From: Planctomycetaceae bacterium
GTDB lineage: Bacteria > Planctomycetota > Planctomycetia > Planctomycetales > Planctomycetaceae
DNA: 64,000 nt
Reading direction: 5' to 3'
Assembly: GCA_047973435.1 (NCBI GenBank)
Contig: JBKECA010000285.1
Span: 575-64,574 of the forward strand
Shown: piece by piece, positions 56,821-64,000 of the stretch
Numbering within the stretch: the first letter of the stretch is position 1
Layout: each line of letters opens with the position of its first letter
Notes under the pieces: model-generated
Seen by the model: only the letters and a program-made list of their open reading frames with translations
What the model was told of the DNA's origin: nothing
Database searches by the model: none
Position numbers and translations under genes: made by a program

Positions 56821-58163
56821 CGCGGCAGTTCCTCAAACAACTGACGAAACTGATCTCCCCGGTCAGCATAATCACGGAACCAGCCAAAGCTGGCGCAACC
56901 GGGCGAGAGCAGGATAACATCGCCCAGCGACGACTGCGCGGCTGCCCAGTGGAACGCCTCACGAAGACTGGTCGTCACGCGTCGCGCCGGCGCGGACCCA
57001 CTTCGACCGTCGTCCAGAAGGCGATCGAGAATTCCCGCCGTGGCCCCCATCAAGGCAATGCTCTTGGCACGACGCTCCAGCTCCGACGCCAGCGGCTGCA
57101 GGTCGACCTGTTTGTCCGATCCCCCGGCGAGAACCACAACCGGTGACTCGAATGCGCTCAGTGCTGCGATGGCCGCTTCCGGCGTGGTGGCCTTGGAGTC
57201 GTTGTAAAACCGCCGCCCCTGACGTTCCCCCAAAAACTCCAGTCGATGCGGCAGGCCGCGGAAAGTCGTCACGTCGGACAGATTGGGAGCAAGAGCGGAT
57301 CCCGCAGACTTAACCGCCGCCCAGGCGAGCGCCAGATTGCGCCGATTGTGCCGTCCCGGGAGCGAGGGGAGTTCGAGCGATTCCAATTGCGGATCGTCGG
57401 AGACGCGCACGATCTGTCCCGGTCCACGCCAGTCAGTCAGAGATTCGCTCCACTGCGGCAGAATGGCAACATTCGTCAACGTCTGATGTCGCAGCAGCGT
57501 CTGCTTCGCGTGCCGGTATTCTTCGTACGAGCGATGCCAGTCGAGATGATTGGGCCACAGATTAGTTACCACCGCAATCGCTGGCGAACGGCCCTCGCGA
57601 TCGAGATACATCAGCTGGAAGCTACTCAGCTCCAGCACCACCGTGTCACCCGGTTGGATGCTCGTCAGCTGCGTCAGCAGACTGCCGCCGATGTTGCCCC
57701 CCAGCCACGATGGGCTTCCGCTGGCCGCAACCAAGTGATGAATCAATGCCGAAGTCGTCGACTTCCCGACCGTTCCCGTGACGCCAATGATGGATGCCGG
57801 GCAATGCTTCCAGAAGAGTCCAATCTCTGTCGTTACCGGGATCCCAGCACGCCGGGCCCGTTCGAGAAGCGGATGATCCGGACGAATTGCCGGGGAGGCG
57901 ACTATCAGGTCCGCCTGATCGAAGTCGGCTTCGCAATGCGGGCCGAACGCGATGCGCTCAATCGGCCAGCCTTGAAGTTCCCGCAGCGGAGCCTGCAACT
58001 GGTCCGCGCGCTTCTGGTCCGTCACGGTCACGCGGGCCCCATGCTCCGCCAGAAACCGCGCCGCCCCCACGCCTCCGCCAAAGTGCCCCAAACCCATGAC
58101 CGTAGCACGGCGACCGGTATAAGCCGCGCGCAGCGATTCCAATGTTTCCGCCTCAGCCGACAT
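56817..58163 (-). CDS. murD: UDP-N-acetylmuramoyl-L-alanine--D-glutamate ligase
   Basis: 448-aa ORF with the N-terminal Rossmann motif VMGLGHFGGGVG, the P-loop GVTGTVGKSTTS and a Mur ligase C-terminal domain. Confidence 0.92.
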   Translation of the reverse strand: MSAEAETLESLRAAYTGRRATVMGLGHFGGGVGAARFLAEHGARVTVTDQKRADQLQAPLRELQGWPIERIAFGPHCEADFDQADLIVASPAIRPDHPLLERARRAGIPVTTEIGLFWKHCPASIIGVTGTVGKSTTSALIHHLVAASGSPSWLGGNIGGSLLTQLTSIQPGDTVVLELSSFQLMYLDREGRSPAIAVVTNLWPNHLDWHRSYEEYRHAKQTLLRHQTLTNVAILPQWSESLTDWRGPGQIVRVSDDPQLESLELPSLPGRHNRRNLALAWAAVKSAGSALAPNLSDVTTFRGLPHRLEFLGERQGRRFYNDSKATTPEAAIAALSAFESPVVVLAGGSDKQVDLQPLASELERRAKSIALMGATAGILDRLLDDGRSGSAPARRVTTSLREAFHWAAAQSSLGDVILLSPGCASFGWFRDYADRGDQFRQLFEELPR

Positions 58164-58364
58164 GATGACGATTGCACCTCAACCCAACTGCCCCCCCACT
58201 TCCGCCACAAGGCATCGTAATTCGCGGCTCTCGGAAGCGAAACGGCAGCCGGTCGGCCGACGTGCGCGAGATCACTCGCGCGGCGACACCTCGGCAGCCA
58301 TGAGCGATTTGTTCGTTTCCAACGCTGCCAGCGTCGGAAACGAAGTCCCGGGCAGATCATCTGT

Positions 58365-58382
58365 GACTGCGTGCGGTATAAT
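58365..58382 (+). repeat. solo right end of the 87-bp element (fragment G) carrying a perfect TATAAT
   Basis: GACTGCGTGCGGTATAAT compared with consensus GACCGCGTGCGGTATAAC. It lies 113 nt upstream of ATG 58496 on the same strand. Confidence 0.55.
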
Positions 58383-58495
58383 GCCCAGTCTGACGATGGC
58401 TGTCGTCTTGCCACTGTTGCTGCAGCCGTCAGCGACCAACCGGCGCGGCTGGACGTGAACTCGCCTTCCGTCCGCGACCGTATTGATTCAACCTC

Positions 58496-59389
58496 ATGAC
58501 ACACTCTGCAATGGAACCCCCTATGCGTATCGCTGGCGTTCAAATGGATATTCAGCTCGGAGACATCGCGGGGAACATTGAGCGGATGGCGGCTCATCTC
58601 CGGGAAACAACAGCGGCTGGGGCGCGACTGACGATCTTTCCCGAGTGCTCCGCAACGGGGTATTGCTTCACCACGTTCGAGGAATGTCGCCAATTCGCGC
58701 AGCCGGTGCCCGGGCCAGTTACAGACGCCTTACAAGCCGCATGTCGAGCGGTCGACGGCTATGCGGTCTTCGGCATGATCGAAGCTGATGGCGAGCGGCT
58801 GTTCAATGTTGCTCTCCTCGTAGGGCCCGATGGGATCATCGATTGCTACCGCAAAGTGCATCTGCCGTATCTCGGCCTCGACATGCACACCACGCCGGGG
58901 GATCGACCATTCGCGGTTTGTGAGGTTGAGGGGGTCCGGATCGGTCTGAACATCTGCTACGACTCGTCATTTCCCGAGGCCGCCCGCTGTCTGGCCATTC
59001 TGGGAGCGGACCTGATTGTTCTGCCGACCAACTGGCCACCTGGCGCGGAGTCTCTGGCCTGCACCGGCATCGCGACGCGAGCGATGGAGAACGCGGTTTA
59101 CTACGCAGCGATCAATCGTGTCGGTACCGAACGAGGCTTTTCGTTCATTGGTCGGAGCAGCATCTGCGCCCCGGATGGGACCCAGCTGGCGTTTGCTGAC
59201 GGGACGACCGCCCAGACTCTATACGCCGAAATCGATGTCACCCAGGCGCGACGCAAGCGGCTGGTTCGGGTTCCAGGCAAGCATGAAATCGATCGATTGG
59301 CCGATCGCCGTCCGGAGATGTATGGACCTTTATCCCAACCCCATCACCTGCCAACGCCGCGGACAGACCATCAAGCGGCGGGACACTGA
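58496..59389 (+). CDS. carbon-nitrogen hydrolase family protein
   Basis: 297-aa ORF with a nitrilase-superfamily Glu-Lys-Cys pattern (IFPECSATGY, YRKVHLP, NICYDSSFPE). A possible later start lies at 58523 (MRIAGVQMD). Confidence 0.88.
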   Translation: MTHSAMEPPMRIAGVQMDIQLGDIAGNIERMAAHLRETTAAGARLTIFPECSATGYCFTTFEECRQFAQPVPGPVTDALQAACRAVDGYAVFGMIEADGERLFNVALLVGPDGIIDCYRKVHLPYLGLDMHTTPGDRPFAVCEVEGVRIGLNICYDSSFPEAARCLAILGADLIVLPTNWPPGAESLACTGIATRAMENAVYYAAINRVGTERGFSFIGRSSICAPDGTQLAFADGTTAQTLYAEIDVTQARRKRLVRVPGKHEIDRLADRRPEMYGPLSQPHHLPTPRTDHQAAGH

Positions 59390-59615
59390 TCCACCGACGA
59401 TCTGACTGAGCGTCAGCCCTTGAAGAAAGTGTAACAGGCCAGAAAAGACCGGCGTGCGGTTGCCCAGCGTGCAACGCGGCCGCAGGTCCGGCGACTTCTG
59501 TCCGCCCCGCCGAGGCCCCGGCTGCTTGATCTTGAGAGCTGGCTTCTCATAGGGCGGCACCGCCCCCGAAGGGGCGGTCGGCCCAGCGGCAGGTTTGGCT
59601 TAACCGAGCCGAGAC

Positions 59616-59835
59616 GGAATGGCCAGCAGCGTGAAGGCAATCACCTCGACCGGTTGCCGGGCAAAGGCTGCGGGCGGGGTGGCCGGGTCTGACAAACGGG
59701 AAGGCCCGGAGGAAGTGCCCCCAGGGCCATTCGCTTCGCTTCTGACCCTGCCATCCGTCCGCCCGACAGTCGCAGCTGCGCCATCCATGATGCCCGTAGT
59801 ACGGAACTTCCCCCCATCATTGCCAAGGCCAATCC
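59616..59835. repeat. long imperfect inverted repeat (about 220 nt hairpin), candidate structured RNA, strand undetermined
   Basis: Outer arms: GGAATGGCC (59616-59624) / GGCCAATCC (59827-59835) and GGCAATCA (59636-59643) / TCATTGCC (59817-59824). Inner arms: GCTGC-GGGCGG-GGTGGCCGGGTC (59667-59689) against GACCCTGCCATCC..CCGCCC..GCAGC (59744-59776). Confidence 0.45.
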
Positions 59836-59905
59836 CCAGACGGCTGATGGGTTGCCTACCACACGCCCACACCGCATATTGCCGTCAATGCCGTACAATA
59901 GACAG

Positions 59906-60967
59906 CTACTTCGCCACCGTTAGTTCCGTCGTGGACAGCTCGGCAAGTCGCAACTGCCCGCACGCCGCGTCGATGTCGGCTCCTTTCCGTTTGCGGACGG
60001 TCACGTTGACGCCGTCTGCACGCAGGGTCTCTACAAATGTCGATGTTCGGGGCGCATCTGGAGCATGCAGGGCGACGGTCGTAACTGGATTCATCGGAAT
60101 CACGTTGACGTGCGCATTACGGTGTCGCAGCAGCGACGCCAGCTGGCGAGCGTGCTCTGGAGCGTCGTTGATGCCCCCCAGCAAGCAGTACTCGTAGGTC
60201 ACTCGACGCCCCGTCTGATCGAAGTATTCATCCGCCGCGGCGAGGATCTCCCCGATACCGATCGACTTGTTCACTGGCACGATCCGTGTGCGCAGCTCGT
60301 CGTTGGGAGCATGGAGCGAAACCGCCAGATTGTAAGGCGTGCCGTGACCGGCGAGCTGTCGCATGCGATCCGGCAGGCCGACGGTGGAAACCGTAATGCG
60401 GCGGGCTCCGAGCCCTAGCCCCCCCTTTTCATTCAGCGTGTCCAGCGCCGGCAGCAGCTGCGCAAGATTGGCGAGCGGCTCGCCCATACCCATCACAACC
60501 ACGTTGGAAATTCGCTCCTCCGTTCCCAGCAGGCGGTCCAGCCGCAGGATCTGATCGAGAATCTCGCCGGTCGACAAATTGCGCTTCACGCCGAACAGGC
60601 CAGATGCACAAAAGACACAGCCCATTGCACAGCCAACTTGCGTGGAAATGCAGACTGTCCGGCGGTCCTCTTCCCGCATCAGTACACACTCGACCTGTTC
60701 CTTGTCGTGCAAAGAGAGCAACAGCTTCTCGGTCCCGTCGCTCGAAACCTGATGCCGCTGGATGCTCGAAGCAAACAGACGAAACTCGTTATTCAGCGCC
60801 GTCCGCGCCGCGAGTGGAACGTCATGCATATCGACGCAGGTCTCGACCCGCTTGCCGAAAATCCACTTCCGAACCTGATCGGCGCGAAACGCCTGGTCTC
60901 CGCGACTGCGGAACCAGTCGACGAGTTGCTCGCGGGAAAGATCGGTGAGGAGCGGAAGAACGGTCAT
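59906..60967 (-). CDS. rlmN: 23S rRNA/tRNA (adenine-C2)-methyltransferase RlmN (radical SAM)
   Basis: 353-aa ORF with the radical-SAM cluster motif VGCAMGCVFCASG and RlmN-type motifs NVVVMGMGEPLAN and DIDAACGQL. Confidence 0.93.
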   Translation of the reverse strand: MTVLPLLTDLSREQLVDWFRSRGDQAFRADQVRKWIFGKRVETCVDMHDVPLAARTALNNEFRLFASSIQRHQVSSDGTEKLLLSLHDKEQVECVLMREEDRRTVCISTQVGCAMGCVFCASGLFGVKRNLSTGEILDQILRLDRLLGTEERISNVVVMGMGEPLANLAQLLPALDTLNEKGGLGLGARRITVSTVGLPDRMRQLAGHGTPYNLAVSLHAPNDELRTRIVPVNKSIGIGEILAAADEYFDQTGRRVTYEYCLLGGINDAPEHARQLASLLRHRNAHVNVIPMNPVTTVALHAPDAPRTSTFVETLRADGVNVTVRKRKGADIDAACGQLRLAELSTTELTVAK

Positions 60968-61112
60968 GGGACGCGATTGTAGAGTAACCGCCCGGCCTCT
61001 GTTACCGGATGCCAGCAGGCACGGACGTGATTCTTGATCTCACAATGTCGGCACCAGACGACGCAAACATTGTTCCCGGGTAAAGCCGCCGAACGGCGGG
61101 GCGTTCCATCCA

Positions 61113-61200
61113 TATACTGCCCGCGGCAACGAGTGAGATGATTCGGACGTTAAAGCCCCGCGAGGCAAAACGTATCAACTTTGACCGCGTGCGGTATAAC
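61113..61200 (+). repeat. 87-bp inverted-repeat element, copy F
   Basis: TATACTGCCCGCGGCAACGAGTGAGATGATTCGGACGTTAAAGCCCCGCGAGGCAAAACGTATCAACTTTGACCGCGTGCGGTATAAC. It is almost identical to the reverse complement of copy B, 22 kb away. Confidence 0.9.
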
Positions 61201-61481
61201 GCCTTTCCCCGGGGGGGCTCTCCAACGCGGCGCGGGAAGACGAAGCTCAACACGAATCCCCAAGACCAGGCGACGGCGGATCATGGCGACCGTTTCCCGC
61301 CGGGACCGACAAATGTCGCAGCATCGCCAGCTTCTCGGATCGCCTTAAGCCGTGTTGGCTCCCACTTCACCGTCAATGAGTGACAGCGACATGCGACGCA
61401 ATTGGGCATGCGCGGCAACTCTCCGCGCCCCTCGAGGCACTCGTGCTGGAACGTCCAGGATCCCAGAACACGGATCGCCTC

Positions 61482-62930
61482 TCAGGCCATCAGTTCGGGA
61501 ATCGGACTGGCTGGCAGCACGCCCGTCAGTTTTTGGTCCAGACCCTGATACTTGTAGGTGAAGCGTTCGTGATCGAAGCCGAGGAGTTGCAGAACCGTGG
61601 CGTGGAAGTCCCGGATGTGGATCGGGTCTTTGACGATGTTGTACGAGAAGTCGTCCGTCTCGCCGTAGATTGTTCCACCCTTGGCACCGCCGCCGGCCAT
61701 CCACATGCTGAAGCAGCGGGGGTGATGGTCGCGGCCATAGTTTTCGCGGGAGAGTTTGCCCTGCGTGTAGATCGTCCGGCCGAACTCGCCCCCCCAGATG
61801 ACGAGCGTGTCGTCGAGCATGCCCCGCAGCTGCAGGTCCTCCAGCAATGCATAGCAAGGCTGGTCGACGTCTTTACACTGGCTGGGCATTCGCACGGCGA
61901 TGTTCGCGTGGTGGTCCCAGTTGTTGTGGTAAATCTGCACGAACCTGACGCCCCGCTCAACCAGACGGCGCGCCATCAAAACCGAATTGGCGAAGCTGCC
62001 CGGCTTTTTGGCGTCCTCCCCGTACAGCTCGAAGGTGCTGGCCGACTCCTGAGTGAGGTCCGTCAACTCGGGAACGCTGGCCTGCATCCGAAAGGCCATT
62101 TCATACTGCCGGATGCGTGTGTGCGTTTCCGGATCGCCCACGGCGGCGTAATTGAGTTCGTTAAGCTTATTCAGGCCCTCGATGGACTGACCCCGAATTG
62201 CGGGGGGGACACCGGGCGGGTTATTGATGAACAGAATCGGATCGCCACTGCTGCGGAACGAGACCCCGGCATGCTCGCCCGGGAGATATCCCGCACCCCA
62301 CAGTCGCGCGGAAATTGCCTGCTCCTGATCGCGATTGCTGGGAACCGCCACCAGCACGACAAAGGCTGGCAGGTTCTCGTTCATCGATCCCAGACCATAA
62401 CTGGCCCACGCCCCCAGACAGGGGCGGCCCGTCACCTGATTGCCGGTCTGCATTGCGGCAATGGCCGGTTCATGATTAATGGCCTCCGTGTGCAGCGAGC
62501 GCATCCAGCAGATGTCGTCCGCCTTCTTTGCGAGCCACGGAAGCATCTCCGTATTCATCCACAGCCCACACTCGCCGGCGGGGGAGAACTTGTACCTCGA
62601 CGGCGCGACCGGAAAACGGGCCTGACCGCTAGTCATCGTCGTCAGCCGTTGCCCCATCCGGATCGACTCAGGCAGTTCCTTGTCGAACCAGTCCTGCATC
62701 ACCGGCTTGTAGTCGAACAAATCAATCTGCGAAGGGCCCCCGACCATGTGCAGGTAGATCACGCGCTTTGCTTTGGGGGCAAAGTGGGGTTCCTGCACAT
62801 GGGTGCTCGTGCCGGCCGTCGCTGTCTGCCCGAGCAGCGACGCCAAGGCTGCCCCACCCAGGAGATTACGTCCGTTGGCAAAAAAGTGCCGCCGGGTCTG
62901 GTTGAGCAGAAACTCGTCGAACAGACGCAT
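61482..62930 (-). CDS. DUF1501 domain-containing (sulfatase-like) protein with Tat signal
   Basis: 482-aa ORF with the twin-arginine N-terminus TRRHFFANGRNLLGGAALASLLG, and the DUF1501 pattern (HMVGGPSQIDLFDYKP ... WDHH ... GGEFGRT). Confidence 0.88.
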   Translation of the reverse strand: MRLFDEFLLNQTRRHFFANGRNLLGGAALASLLGQTATAGTSTHVQEPHFAPKAKRVIYLHMVGGPSQIDLFDYKPVMQDWFDKELPESIRMGQRLTTMTSGQARFPVAPSRYKFSPAGECGLWMNTEMLPWLAKKADDICWMRSLHTEAINHEPAIAAMQTGNQVTGRPCLGAWASYGLGSMNENLPAFVVLVAVPSNRDQEQAISARLWGAGYLPGEHAGVSFRSSGDPILFINNPPGVPPAIRGQSIEGLNKLNELNYAAVGDPETHTRIRQYEMAFRMQASVPELTDLTQESASTFELYGEDAKKPGSFANSVLMARRLVERGVRFVQIYHNNWDHHANIAVRMPSQCKDVDQPCYALLEDLQLRGMLDDTLVIWGGEFGRTIYTQGKLSRENYGRDHHPRCFSMWMAGGGAKGGTIYGETDDFSYNIVKDPIHIRDFHATVLQLLGFDHERFTYKYQGLDQKLTGVLPASPIPELMA

Positions 62931-63115
62931 GGGTTCTCCTCGTGTTCTGCAGACGGTTCACGGCCACCTGACTCCGGGCAACGACGGAATCATTACCTGC
63001 GACAACTCATGATCGTGTCACTCGTCCACATATCCATGATAACCGATCCCAGTGTCGGCAGACGAGCTTTCTCATTCAGAACGAGACCATCGCAAGAATG
63101 GAATCCCGGTCGCGG

Positions 63116-63583
63116 CTACTTCTCGTCAGCCGCACCCAGCCAATCGGCCAGCGTCAGACTGTAGTTGAACAGCTCTTCAGCTCGGAAATAGAGCGCGATT
63201 TCGCGGCTGGCGGCGTCGGGGCCGTCGCTGCCATGAATCAGATTCATCTGACGAGACGAGCTGAAGTCCCCGCGAATCGTCCCCGGTGCAGCTTCCCGAC
63301 CATTGGTCTTGCCCATCAGCCCGCGCATCACCGAAATGACTTCCGGCCCCTCGACGCACAACGCCACGATCGGTCCTGCGGTAATGAACGACTCGAGCTG
63401 CGGGTAGAACGGCTTGCTGACGTGTTCGGCATAGTGTTGCTGCGAAAGCGCCTTCGTCACCTGCAGCATTTTCAGGCCGACAATTTTGAAGCCCTTGTTC
63501 TCGATGCGGGAGATAATCTCACCACACAGCCGCCGCTGGACGGCATCAGGCTTCAGCAGAATCAGGGTACGTTCCAGCGCCAT
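63116..63583 (-). CDS. ndk: nucleoside-diphosphate kinase
   Basis: 155-aa product from ATG 63583 (MALERTLILLKPDAVQRRL) with the active-site context NLIHGSD. The ORF-track extension to 63667 is rejected. Confidence 0.93.
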   Translation of the reverse strand: MALERTLILLKPDAVQRRLCGEIISRIENKGFKIVGLKMLQVTKALSQQHYAEHVSKPFYPQLESFITAGPIVALCVEGPEVISVMRGLMGKTNGREAAPGTIRGDFSSSRQMNLIHGSDGPDAASREIALYFRAEELFNYSLTLADWLGAADEK

Positions 63584-64000
63584 GGTCTCGTCTCTCTGAA
63601 CTTGAGTTGTACGGAGGTTCCAGCCGGCCATTTTGGCGCGGTGCAGGGATTTGATTAGAACCCGCAACCCCGGTCAATGGACATCACACCCCAGTGCTAC
63701 GAACGCGATTGCCACCACGTTGCCGAAGCGGCCAACTTTGGCTGCCAATTCGTCGTCTCAATCTGCTTCTGATCTCAACTGGCTCCGGATGAGGGCTGCC
63801 CCCAAGCCACACGGCACTCGTCTCCGGTGGCAAGACCCGCTGTCAGCCCGCACCGATGCAGGTCCATTGACGGCAACACTGACTCTGACATCCGACCAGA
63901 TCGCCAAGCCGACAAGATCAGACTGTCGGCGCGGCGTGTTCAACGGCGTGCTCCGTGAACTCGATCGGCTGATGTGAATCCGATACCACGCGGGCCGCTT

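Noticed and set aside
58314-58342. 12-bp hairpin CGTTTCCAACGC-TGCCA-GCGTCGGAAACG in the murD / nitrilase divergent spacer, and an 8-bp hairpin GCAGACGC-TGTTC-GCGTCTGC at 7469-7489 upstream of purD.
   Set aside because: These are isolated stems without U-tracts, repeats or recognisable motifs. Stems of this size are expected by chance in GC-rich spacers.
59390-59905. Assignment of the structured spacer to RNase P RNA, SRP RNA or tmRNA.
   Set aside because: Partial look-alikes exist (GGCAGGGU, CCCGGAGGAAGUGCC, GGCUUA). The universally conserved cores are absent on both strands: GGAAAGUCC of the P4 helix, the GGAA/AGCA helix-8 motif, and the tRNA-like 3' end with CCA context.
63918-64000. Possible 3' end of a minus-strand gene running off the right edge (..AARVVSDSHQPIEFTEHAVEHAAPTV stop).
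   Set aside because: Only 27 codons are visible and no motif is present. That is too little evidence to call.

Overview
GC-rich bacterial chromosomal segment. The gene content looks Planctomycetota-like: three formylglycine-type sulfatases, a DUF1501 protein, BatA/MoxR/DUF58/vWA modules and a stand-alone pseudopilin operon. This taxonomic call is inferred from gene content only. I support about 47 protein-coding genes. They include housekeeping genes (purD, rpsA, rsgA, murD, rlmN, ndk and a DEAD-box helicase), a colinear gspG-H-I-J-K-L-M-like operon on the minus strand (19.3-27.7 kb), two separate MoxR-DUF58-vWA modules, a P1B-4-type metal ATPase, a TerC protein, a chromate transporter and a MarR-antiporter pair. 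I see no rRNA, tRNA, CRISPR array or transposase gene. The most interesting signal is non-coding. An apparently undescribed ~87-bp element with TA-flanked terminal inverted repeats and an internal hairpin occurs in 7 full copies plus fragments. Six of the copies are packed between 38.2 and 44.0 kb. One pair forms a head-to-tail dimer sharing a TA. One copy is inserted in frame between the signal peptide and the catalytic domain of a sulfatase. Most copies sit in one fixed orientation 14-28 nt upstream of start codons, with a TATAAC/TATAAT-like end facing the gene. A second candidate is a ~220-nt imperfect hairpin in an oversized convergent spacer (59.6-59.8 kb), which may be a structured RNA. 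All calls come from reading the ORF translations and the DNA by eye. No database search or folding calculation was possible, so family names rest on recognised motifs, and start codons are often uncertain.
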